A stretch of DNA of 44,940 nt, taken from positions 125,995 through 170,934 of IMG/VR virus record IMGVR_UViG_3300033463_000016. One strand, written 5' to 3'. Shown piece after piece: positions 8,126-16,529 of this stretch. A model generated the notes under the pieces. It was not told the origin of the DNA and made no database searches. It saw only the letters and a list, made by a program, of their open reading frames with translations. This stretch comes from a virus. Taxonomy: Duplodnaviria; Heunggongvirae; Uroviricota; Caudoviricetes. A program made the translations under genes and the position numbers. How positions within the stretch are numbered: position 1 is the first letter of the stretch; each line of letters starts with the position of its first letter.

Positions 8126-8202
8126 GCTTGTGTAGCTTACGAGGTCGGAGCATCGGTCTGAAAAACCGAAGGATGGTGGTTCGATACCACCCGCAAGCAC
8201 CA
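8126..8202 (+). tRNA. trnF: tRNA-Phe(GAA)
   Basis: Anticodon arm TCGGT-CTGAAAA-ACCGA; CCA. Confidence 0.92.
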
Positions 8203-8206
8203 ATAT

Positions 8207-8282
8207 GGTTCCGTAGTTCAATCGGTTAAAACATAGCCCTGTCACGGCTAAGTTGAGAGTTCGATCCTCTCCGGAATCGCCA
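8207..8282 (+). tRNA. trnD: tRNA-Asp(GTC)
   Basis: Anticodon arm TAGCC-CTGTCAC-GGCTA; G73; CCA. Confidence 0.93.
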
Positions 8283-8285
8283 TTC

Positions 8286-8360
8286 GTAGGTGTAAGTCAA
8301 CGGTAGACGGCTTGCTTTGGGAGCAAGTAGCTGGGGGTTCGAGTCCTCTCACCTGCACCA
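8286..8360 (+). tRNA. trnP: tRNA-Pro(TGG)
   Basis: Anticodon arm CTTGC-TTTGGGA-GCAAG; acceptor GTAGGTG/CACCTGC; A73; CCA. Confidence 0.88.
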
Positions 8361-8411
8361 AACAGAGTTCGGCACGCCTCTTGAAAATGCGTACCACGCC
8401 GAGCCATATAT

Positions 8412-8497
8412 TCCAGCGTAGTTCAGTTGGTAGAACGCCTGACTGTTAATCAGGATGCCGAAAGGAATCGCGTGTTCGAGTCACGCCGCTGGAGCCA
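8412..8497 (+). tRNA. trnN: tRNA-Asn(GTT) with an atypical 15-nt variable region
   Basis: Anticodon arm CCTGA-CTGTTAA-TCAGG; acceptor TCCAGCG/CGCTGGA; G73; CCA. Confidence 0.9.
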
Positions 8498-8603
8498 TAT
8501 GTAGTAGAGGGTATGTTTTTGCGTGAGCATAGAAGATGAAAGCCCTTCCCTGTAGGATGCGTCCGAAGGGGGCTTCACGGCGGTAGGAGAATGACCGCTA
8601 TAT

Positions 8604-8679
8604 GGGGGATTAGTTCAGTTGGGAGAACACCTGCTTTGCAAGCAGGGGGTCAGCGGTTCGAGTCCGCTATCCTCCACCA
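8604..8679 (+). tRNA. trnA: tRNA-Ala(TGC)
   Basis: Anticodon arm CCTGC-TTTGCAA-GCAGG; G3.U70 identity pair; CCA. Confidence 0.95.
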
Positions 8680-8786
8680 TTGGTATGAAACAGGACAAGG
8701 AGTAGCTACCCTTCTTGATGCTGCTACGTCAAGATTACTGTTTTGTACTATCAATAAACAAATTTTAGCAGAAAGGAGTTTATATT

Positions 8787-9566
8787 ATGATAGGCATTTA
8801 TAAATTTACCAACAAAATCACAGGAGAATCTTATATCGGGCAGAGCAGAGATATACACAAGCGGTACATCCAACATAAATGTAGGCACGAAAAACGATTA
8901 CGTGAAAACGCTCCGGTAGAAGATACATATTTTCATTCAATGTTAAATCACTATGGATTTTGGAATTTTGATTTTGAGATTATCGAAGAATGTAACATAG
9001 ATGAATTGAATGAGAAAGAAATCTATTATATTAAGGCATTTAATACGCTTTATCCAAACGGTTATAACAAAGATAAGGGTGGTAATAATCCGCATCCAAT
9101 GAAATTTGATTCTTACGATACAGTAGAAGAAGTTATCAAATTGCTACAAACATCAAAAATGTCAAATATAGAAATAGGCAAGATTTATGGTGTATCGGAT
9201 CAAACTATTTCTGACATTAATAATGGCAGAATATGGCGAAAAGATGAAATTTCATATCCTATTCGTAACACACATAAAATCGAAGGTGAAACAAGAAGAA
9301 AAGCGAAAAAAATTAAGTATTATTGTTCTATGTGTGGTAAAGAATTAAGTGGTAAACGTAAAACAGGGTTATGTGCGGATTGCTGTGAAATCACTTATAT
9401 ACATCATTGTTCTATTCCTCCGAAAGATGTGTTATATGAATTATTATTAAAAGAAACATTCGTGAAAGTTGCTAAGATATATAATGTTTCAGATAATGCG
9501 GTTAGAAAATGGTGTGATAAATATAATATACCGCGACATTCCTCATATTATAGAAATGTTGCTTAA
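8787..9566 (+). CDS. Free-standing GIY-YIG endonuclease (homing-endonuclease type)
   Basis: N-terminal GIYKFTNKITGESYIGQS..RYIQH motif, conserved E..YI and GYN, C-terminal HTH-like and CxxC segments. GAAAGGAG RBS. Confidence 0.88.
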   Translation: MIGIYKFTNKITGESYIGQSRDIHKRYIQHKCRHEKRLRENAPVEDTYFHSMLNHYGFWNFDFEIIEECNIDELNEKEIYYIKAFNTLYPNGYNKDKGGNNPHPMKFDSYDTVEEVIKLLQTSKMSNIEIGKIYGVSDQTISDINNGRIWRKDEISYPIRNTHKIEGETRRKAKKIKYYCSMCGKELSGKRKTGLCADCCEITYIHHCSIPPKDVLYELLLKETFVKVAKIYNVSDNAVRKWCDKYNIPRHSSYYRNVA

Positions 9567-9584
9567 TGCCCGAAAGGGCTTTAT

Positions 9585-9660
9585 GCTGGTGTAGTTCAGT
9601 TGGCAGAACGCGAAACTTGTAATTTCGATGTCGGCGGTTCAAATCCGTCCATCAGCTCCA
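9585..9660 (+). tRNA. trnT: tRNA-Thr(TGT)
   Basis: Anticodon arm CGAAA-CTTGTAA-TTTCG; CCA. Confidence 0.93.
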
Positions 9661-9700
9661 AATAGCGTTTGCTAAATTTATTTAAGGTGGTTAAACCAAA

Positions 9701-9871
9701 TTGAAAGAAATCAAAAAAGAAGAAGTAAAACTACTCGAAAAGAACGGAGTAATTAGGAACACACATAGGGGCTATATTGGCACTAATGGTTATTCTGTCG
9801 GATTTTACAGAACCCGAAACAAAAGATATATTGAAGATCGCTATGCTGATTTAGCCAAGACACTTACATAA
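9701..9871 (+). CDS. Small basic hypothetical protein (56 aa, MKEIKKEEVKLLEKNGVIRN...)
   Basis: Hand translation; TTG start behind AAGGTGG; fills the gap before the beta-CASP gene. Shorter than any ORF in the track. Confidence 0.7.
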   Translation: MKEIKKEEVKLLEKNGVIRNTHRGYIGTNGYSVGFYRTRNKRYIEDRYADLAKTLT

Positions 9872-9880
9872 GGAGATCAT

Positions 9881-11323
9881 ATGGCTAAAAAGAAATTGAA
9901 ATCTGACGGTATATTCTTTACCGGTAAATCCGCAGATGATGTTACTGGTTCACAGTATTTAGTAAAATTCGGAAATACTCAATGTCTTTTAGAATGCGGT
10001 TTGCATCAGTCGTCGAGTAATGATTATTTGGATTCGTATAAAATCAATGCGGAGAAATTTCAATTCAAGCCAAAAGAACTCGATTATGTATTTGTCGCCC
10101 ATACCCATATAGACCATTGCGGCTTGCTCCCACGATTGGTCAAGGAAGGGTTTAGGGGGAAAATAATAGCAACTCAAAACACTGCTAAAATTATGAAGCC
10201 CTTGCTTTTCAATTCCTGCGCTATTATTCAGGACGAAGCAAGGGTTTTGTCGTATAGATATAAAAGAGAATACAAACCATTATATGAACCTGCCGACGTT
10301 GAAAAGACATTGGATTTGATTGAAGTTTATGGCAACTATAATGAAGTTTACACACTTAATGAGAATGTCAGTTTTCAATGGTTACATAATTCTCATTGTG
10401 TCGGCGCCGCACAATTGTATTTGATTTTGAAGAACGGTACAAAAACAAGAAAGGTTCTTTATACATCAGATATGGGTGCATTGAAACCAAAGAATCACTA
10501 TGTTTCACATACTGAGATTCCTACTCAATTTATTGATTGTGTAATTATGGAGAGTACATACGGCGATTCAAAACGTTGTGAAAAGAAAAAGCGTTCTTAT
10601 GATGTAGAACACTTAAAGGTTGCAATCGACACGGTTATTGGTCGTAAAGGCACGGTGGTCTTACCGTGTTTTAGTTTTAGCAGAACTCAAGAATTGTTGA
10701 CGAATCTATATGAAATTTATCACGATGATCCGAAATTCAATACTCCTATCATTATAGACTCAAAACTGAGTTGTGATATATCAAAACTATATCATTCATT
10801 GTTATTCGGAGAAGATTTAAAACTCTGGCAGCAGGTATGCAATTGGGATAATGTAAGATTTATAGAGGAAAAAGATGAATCTAAAGTTTGTATAGCAAAC
10901 AATATTCCTAAAATCGTGCTTTCATCATCGGGATTTTGCACCAATGGTAGAATTTTGGGATATTTGAAGAAATACATCAAAGACAGCAATTCTATGATTG
11001 TTTTCTCAGGATATGTTGGAGATAACCCATCATATTTATCATATAGAATTAAAAATTATCGTGACAATAAAGGCATTAAGATCAATAAAGAGTATGTTCC
11101 GAATAGAGCAGATTGCATTACTCTTTCGACTTTCAGTAGCCACGCCGGATTTGCGGATTTATTAAAATATGGCAGTTCACTGAATACAAATAAACTGATT
11201 TTAGTTCACGGTTCAACAGAAGCAAAAAAGTGTTTGGCTGAAAAATTAAGACCGGCTATATCAAAGAATGACAAAACATATCGTGTCATAGAGTCCTTCA
11301 AAGGTATGATGATACGATTATAG
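9881..11323 (+). CDS. Metallo-beta-lactamase fold beta-CASP nuclease (RNA-processing type)
   Basis: HTHIDH metal motif, SHCVGA, ESTYG, FSFSRTQE, SSSGFC and FSSHAG motifs. Confidence 0.9.
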   Translation: MAKKKLKSDGIFFTGKSADDVTGSQYLVKFGNTQCLLECGLHQSSSNDYLDSYKINAEKFQFKPKELDYVFVAHTHIDHCGLLPRLVKEGFRGKIIATQNTAKIMKPLLFNSCAIIQDEARVLSYRYKREYKPLYEPADVEKTLDLIEVYGNYNEVYTLNENVSFQWLHNSHCVGAAQLYLILKNGTKTRKVLYTSDMGALKPKNHYVSHTEIPTQFIDCVIMESTYGDSKRCEKKKRSYDVEHLKVAIDTVIGRKGTVVLPCFSFSRTQELLTNLYEIYHDDPKFNTPIIIDSKLSCDISKLYHSLLFGEDLKLWQQVCNWDNVRFIEEKDESKVCIANNIPKIVLSSSGFCTNGRILGYLKKYIKDSNSMIVFSGYVGDNPSYLSYRIKNYRDNKGIKINKEYVPNRADCITLSTFSSHAGFADLLKYGSSLNTNKLILVHGSTEAKKCLAEKLRPAISKNDKTYRVIESFKGMMIRL

Positions 11324-11332
11324 GAGGACAAT

Positions 11333-11959
11333 ATGGTAGAACTTTTAGAAGATATGCAAGATATTGAAGAATCTTTTTCTTATGAATACAACGACAAATT
11401 CTTGATTGAAGATAATATTGATCGCAGATTATATATCAATTGCGAGATTACAAATGCTTTGATCGAGCTTGTTGTATATCATATTCTTAGATTTAATCGC
11501 TTAGATCAAGATATACCGCCCGAACACAGGAAACCAATCAGAATATATATTAACAGTCCTGGGGGAGTAGTATCAGATGGTTATGGAATCATAGATGCTA
11601 TTTTGGCATCAAAGACTCCTGTTCATACAATTAACCTTGCTATGGCTGATTCTATGGCTCTGTTGGTCTTTATTGCTGGTCATAAGAGATTCACTATGCC
11701 ACACGCTGAATTTTTGCTTCATTCTGGAAGCACAGCATCATCTGGCATCAGTAATGCCGTAAAGGATCAGATTGAATTTGAATCAATTCAAGTTGAAGGT
11801 ATGACTAAACAATTTGTGTTAGAACATACCAATATAGATGATGAACTTTACGAAAATAAAAGAAGATTTGAATGGTACTTCCTTGCCGAAGAAGCAAAAA
11901 GAATCGGTGTTGCTGATTACATCGTTGGCAAGGATTGTGATATAGATGATATTTTATAA
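11333..11959 (+). CDS. clpP: ClpP-like serine protease subunit
   Basis: IYINSPGG, ADSMA (catalytic Ser position) and LLH (catalytic His position). Confidence 0.85.
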   Translation: MVELLEDMQDIEESFSYEYNDKFLIEDNIDRRLYINCEITNALIELVVYHILRFNRLDQDIPPEHRKPIRIYINSPGGVVSDGYGIIDAILASKTPVHTINLAMADSMALLVFIAGHKRFTMPHAEFLLHSGSTASSGISNAVKDQIEFESIQVEGMTKQFVLEHTNIDDELYENKRRFEWYFLAEEAKRIGVADYIVGKDCDIDDIL

Positions 11960-11967
11960 GTAAGGAA

Positions 11968-12957
11968 GTGAGAGAGATAGATAAGGAAATAAACATTACA
12001 TATCGAGAGGTAAAAAATCTTGTTTACGATAAATTGATTGCAAAAACCAATGATACTCCATATGAAGAACTAAGTGAATTATTGTTTGGAGAAGGTAATT
12101 GTTTTAATGAATCAGAAGTACGAAAAAGAATGTATGGAATGAAGCGGTTGATTGAAATAATTGAAGCTGAAAAGACAAGTGGAGTTGCGACAACAATTCT
12201 ATCAATATCTGATTTACACGTACCATTTCAACTCGACTTTGATGTTTTGAAAGATTATCGAAATAAGATTGATATATTACAAATTAATGGAGATGTCGTA
12301 GATTGCCAGGCATTATCAAAGTTTAACAAGCAATATAGAATATCACCGATGGAAGAAATGATTAAAGGTAGACAATATTTGATTGATATTATTGAATACT
12401 TGAATCCTCGAAAAGTTGTATGTAATTATGGTAATCACGATAAAAGATTCGCAAATTATTTTTCCAAGAATTTAGATAGTGATATTTTGGAGCTATTACC
12501 TGACACTTCGCTTGAACTAATATTTCTTGATGGTTTTTATCATTATGATAAGCGAAGCAAATCTAAAGTCTGGTATGAGCCGCTAAAATGTGTATTTGAA
12601 AACATCGAAATAGAATATGTTAATGATTGGAAATCACGAATTGGAAAAACGTTCTTTGTACATCCTCTTGCTTATCGTCAGGGTATGTTGGCGACCGCAG
12701 ATAAAGCAAAGGATTATTTACAGGACACAGAAAAAGAACCTTTTGATTGCGTCGTTATGGCACATACGCATAAGGTTGGTGATTCAACCAAAGGGTTTAT
12801 ACGCCTCTTTGAACAGGGGGCATTCGCAAATGTGGACAAGTTGGATTATGCTGACGGTAGATTGATGGCGCCTCAAAAATCTGGATTCGCACTTATTTGT
12901 CAGGATGATGAAGGCAACCTGATCCACGAAAAATCAAAAGTAATAGTTATAAAATGA
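11968..12957 (+). CDS. Calcineurin-like metallophosphoesterase
   Basis: SDLH, GDVVD, GNHD and HTH motifs. Confidence 0.85.
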   Translation: MREIDKEINITYREVKNLVYDKLIAKTNDTPYEELSELLFGEGNCFNESEVRKRMYGMKRLIEIIEAEKTSGVATTILSISDLHVPFQLDFDVLKDYRNKIDILQINGDVVDCQALSKFNKQYRISPMEEMIKGRQYLIDIIEYLNPRKVVCNYGNHDKRFANYFSKNLDSDILELLPDTSLELIFLDGFYHYDKRSKSKVWYEPLKCVFENIEIEYVNDWKSRIGKTFFVHPLAYRQGMLATADKAKDYLQDTEKEPFDCVVMAHTHKVGDSTKGFIRLFEQGAFANVDKLDYADGRLMAPQKSGFALICQDDEGNLIHEKSKVIVIK

Positions 12958-12973
12958 TAATTGGAGAAAAGAA

Positions 12974-13267
12974 ATGAGTAGAGCAGAAATTATTAATGAA
13001 TTAGCCGGACGAATCTATGGTATTCCGACTAAAGAGCAAATAGATACTTGTGAAAATTTCTGTAATGCTTTTACTGATATGATTATTGACTCATTGCTTG
13101 ACGACAAGGAGATCAAGTGGAAAGGATTGTTTACGTTGAAAGTGGTAGATATTCCACCTCGTAAGGGCAGAAATCCATCAACAAATAAAGTAGTGGAATT
13201 TCCTGCCTCAAAAAAGGTCGTTTGCAAATTGAGTAGAAATCTAAAACATATGATAAGTGGGAAGTAA
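12974..13267 (+). CDS. hup: HU/IHF-family DNA-binding protein
   Basis: GLFTLKVVDIPPRKGRNPST...FPASKKV arm motif; 97 aa. Confidence 0.88.
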   Translation: MSRAEIINELAGRIYGIPTKEQIDTCENFCNAFTDMIIDSLLDDKEIKWKGLFTLKVVDIPPRKGRNPSTNKVVEFPASKKVVCKLSRNLKHMISGK

Positions 13268-13272
13268 GAATT

Positions 13273-13752
13273 ATGGAAATATTAAAATTTAAAGATATTG
13301 AAGATTTATATTCGTTTATGTGTGCTATTTCACAAGGCGAAGAAAAGAATATTACGGCAGTGCTGAATTATGACGATGCCGTTGAATTAATGAGATGTTT
13401 TTTGGATGATGTTATAGTTGAAGTTGGTCATCTTGAAATAGGTGAATACGATTATAATGGTTATGATAAAGAATACTATGTTTCTATTGATACAGACCTG
13501 ATTTTGGATGTATGTCCCGCTATGCCGCATTACAATAAAGAGTTTGGCTACGTTCCGGTTCAAGAAGCAGATATTATTCTTTATGGTGGAGATGTAAAAC
13601 AATCCATAGTTAGTATTAATGACGCCAAAGAATCATTCCAAATTGAAATTGATGATGAAGATGATGAATTACTGATCGAGTGTTCAGGTCAGTGTCCGTT
13701 GTGTAGTGAGGGATTCATCCAAAGACTTATAGAAATGATAAAAAATAGTTGA
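13273..13752 (+). CDS. Acidic hypothetical protein
   Basis: 159-aa ORF in the operon; no motif recognised. Confidence 0.75.
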   Translation: MEILKFKDIEDLYSFMCAISQGEEKNITAVLNYDDAVELMRCFLDDVIVEVGHLEIGEYDYNGYDKEYYVSIDTDLILDVCPAMPHYNKEFGYVPVQEADIILYGGDVKQSIVSINDAKESFQIEIDDEDDELLIECSGQCPLCSEGFIQRLIEMIKNS

Positions 13753-13786
13753 GATTTTATAAAATAGTTGATACGGAGGTGGCGAG

Positions 13787-14707
13787 ATGCCAAAATCAAT
13801 AGGGACAAGCGTATGCTGCTGTTGTGGTGAATCGCTATCCCCTACTCACTTTTATAAAACCAATAGTAGTTTTTACAAAAGTGGCTATTTGCCAATTTGC
13901 AAAGATTGTTTTAAAGGCAAATTCGGTCAGTATGTAGCAGAATATTTGAGTAGTAAAAAGGCTATGCAGAGAATGTGCATAGCCTTTGATATTTACTTTG
14001 ATGAAGATTTATTTGATAAGTGCGATACAGACAGTGAATCGGTTGTGGGAAAATACTTTAGGCAACTAAATATATCACAATACAGGGATAAAACCTTTGA
14101 AAATACCATTAATGAAGGCAATTTCTCATTATCCGGGGCGCGAAAAACCGTAAGAGATGGTGGTCGTGTTGCAATTGTAGATGAATATGGTAAGGAGAAA
14201 ACCGATGTTGAAGTTGATCCTAAAGACGTTGAACGTTGGGGTGAGGGATTAGACCCCGTAGATTATGTTAATCTTAATAATCATTATCAATATTTGAAAA
14301 ACGCTAATCCGCATTGTGATAGCAACCAAGAAATATTCATTGATGATCTTTGTTATACGAAAATGCAGCAATTCCGCTGTTTGAGAGATCGTGATATGGA
14401 TAACTATAAAAAGATGGGTACGTATTACAGAGATACATTCGTCAAATCTGGATTAAAGGTATCAAATGAAGCCGACACAAATGGCGATGATTGCCTCGGA
14501 ATATGGTTGAACCGTATTTCTCAATATACTCCGGAAGAATACTACAAAAACAAAAAGTTATACCAAGATCACGATGGTATAAAGGATTATTTTGAACGGT
14601 TCATTCTAAGACCGTTGAGGAATTTACAGCACGGAACAAAAGACCGTGATACCGAGTTCTATGTCAAAGAAGATGGTGAGTTAAATGAATTTGACGACAC
14701 CGACTAA
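13787..14707 (+). CDS. Cys-rich protein upstream of terminase; possible terminase small subunit
   Basis: CCCCG...LPICKDC zinc site; overlaps the TerL start. Function inferred from position only. Confidence 0.55.
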   Translation: MPKSIGTSVCCCCGESLSPTHFYKTNSSFYKSGYLPICKDCFKGKFGQYVAEYLSSKKAMQRMCIAFDIYFDEDLFDKCDTDSESVVGKYFRQLNISQYRDKTFENTINEGNFSLSGARKTVRDGGRVAIVDEYGKEKTDVEVDPKDVERWGEGLDPVDYVNLNNHYQYLKNANPHCDSNQEIFIDDLCYTKMQQFRCLRDRDMDNYKKMGTYYRDTFVKSGLKVSNEADTNGDDCLGIWLNRISQYTPEEYYKNKKLYQDHDGIKDYFERFILRPLRNLQHGTKDRDTEFYVKEDGELNEFDDTD

Positions 14708-16514
14708 GAGATATAAGAGCCGATATGCGGACGATAGGCAAGCCGAATTATATACAAAATTCCCGACAAACCACTTTTTGGGCAATGAAAAGAATGTTGA
14801 CCACGTTTTGCGGTGGAATACTTTTTTCCGAAGAAATCTACACAGGGTAGCATTAGATTATTTGGGTTTGAAACTCCATATGTATCAAATACTGATTCTG
14901 TATTTGATGGGTATATGTAAATCGATGGTTATTGTTGCTGCTCGAAGTGCAGCCAAATCTTTTATTATAGCCATTTATGCTTGCTGTGTATGTATAGTAT
15001 ATCCATATTCAGAAGTTGTCTTGACTTCTGCTACGAAGAAACAGGCGAAACTGATAGTATCTGCAAAAATACAACAATTGCAGAATCTATCTCCTATGCT
15101 TAGAAACGAGATTATTAAGATTAAAGATAATCAGAATGAAATTATCGTGTTTTTCAAGAGTGGCAGTACGATAACTGTTGTTCCAGCTAATGAAAATGGT
15201 CGTGGTTATCGTTCAAACTTCGCCATTCGTGAAGAATTTAGACAAATTAAGAAAAACATTGAGGATAGTGTTATCGCACCATTCCAAGTTATCAGACAAG
15301 CTCCTTATAACGTCGATCCGTATTATGCTGATATGCCGGTCGGAGTTTGTATCCAGGATTCAGTAGACGTATATATCAGTTCATCGTGGCTTGATCCACA
15401 TTGGATGTGGACGGTTGTAGATAATGCCTATGAGTCAATGATAGAAGGTACAGGACAATACCTATTGGCATTTGATGAGAGTATTGTTCTAAAACACAAG
15501 ATTAAATCACAAGCGTTCTTCCAAAAGGAAAAGAAGAAACAAGACAGAATCACTTGGGAATGTGAATTTCTTAATGTTCGTATTAAGGAAAATCAATTCG
15601 CATTCTTTACATATAAAATGTTTAATAATAATCAGCATTCTCGACAGGTATTCTATCCGAGGATAACTACTGATTTCTTATTAGGCAAGAAGAATCCATA
15701 CGCTATTCCAAAGCAACAAGGTGAAATTCGTGTGATTGGCGCCGACTTATCATTCATTACAAGAAAAGGTAATGACCGTTCAGTATTTACTTGTATGCGA
15801 TTATTGCCAGAAACAAAGAAATATAAACGATCTGAAATGAATGACCTTGAAATCAGCGGTGGTTATAGGAGAATTGTTCCATACATTGAATCTATGCAAG
15901 GTGGAGAAATATCAAAACAAGCACAAAGACTAAGACAATTATTTGAAGATTTTGAAGCTGATTATATTAGTCTTGATACCAGAAACGCCGGTATATCTGT
16001 GTATGATTGTCTTGCCAGAGTAATGTATGATGAAGAACGCAATATAGAATATTCGCCGCTACGTTGTATGAATGATGAGTCTATTGCGGAGCGTATTCAA
16101 TCTGAAGGTGCTTTAGATTGTATTTATGCTGTTAATGCCTCACAGAAACTCAACAGTGATATAGCGTTGGATTTTCTTAGAGTGTTGGAACAGGAAATGA
16201 TTAATTTCCTTATTCCATACGAGGCAGCACAAGAGGAAATATTATCCAGAAATGAAGTATATTTAAGCACACCCGATTCTGATGTTCAATTCTTCTATGA
16301 AAGACCTTTCCTTGAAACGCAAGCACTCATTACGGAGTGTATCGAATTGTCTTATGAGAAGAAGGACTCTGGTGTAATTGTAATGAAAGAAGGATCAACG
16401 GCACATAAAGACAGATATTCTTCTTGTAGTTATGCTTCTTATGTTGCAACTTTGTTAGAAAAAGACCTGTTCTCTGTTTCAGAGGACTATGAATATAGTG
16501 TATTTATCAATTGA
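14685..16514 (+). CDS. terL: Terminase large subunit
   Basis: Walker A-like AARSAAKS, GRGYR...REEFR Walker B, ISS motif III, nuclease acidic motifs GADLS, DTRNAG and KDRYS. Confidence 0.9.
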   Translation: MNLTTPTKRYKSRYADDRQAELYTKFPTNHFLGNEKNVDHVLRWNTFFRRNLHRVALDYLGLKLHMYQILILYLMGICKSMVIVAARSAAKSFIIAIYACCVCIVYPYSEVVLTSATKKQAKLIVSAKIQQLQNLSPMLRNEIIKIKDNQNEIIVFFKSGSTITVVPANENGRGYRSNFAIREEFRQIKKNIEDSVIAPFQVIRQAPYNVDPYYADMPVGVCIQDSVDVYISSSWLDPHWMWTVVDNAYESMIEGTGQYLLAFDESIVLKHKIKSQAFFQKEKKKQDRITWECEFLNVRIKENQFAFFTYKMFNNNQHSRQVFYPRITTDFLLGKKNPYAIPKQQGEIRVIGADLSFITRKGNDRSVFTCMRLLPETKKYKRSEMNDLEISGGYRRIVPYIESMQGGEISKQAQRLRQLFEDFEADYISLDTRNAGISVYDCLARVMYDEERNIEYSPLRCMNDESIAERIQSEGALDCIYAVNASQKLNSDIALDFLRVLEQEMINFLIPYEAAQEEILSRNEVYLSTPDSDVQFFYERPFLETQALITECIELSYEKKDSGVIVMKEGSTAHKDRYSSCSYASYVATLLEKDLFSVSEDYEYSVFIN

Positions 16515-16529
16515 GAAAGGAGGAATATA

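Noticed and set aside
8361-8603. Theta/HDV-like or hammerhead ribozymes after the tRNAs
   Set aside because: I could not build the nested double pseudoknot or find a CUGANGA/GAAA core, and the tRNAs already encode CCA.
7700-8803. ORFs 7700..7882(-), 8027..8245(-) and 8591..8803(+)
   Set aside because: They overlap clear tRNA genes and are incidental reading frames.
3774-16514. Inteins in the RNAP or terminase
   Set aside because: Lengths are unremarkable and no intein splice-junction or LAGLIDADG blocks were seen.
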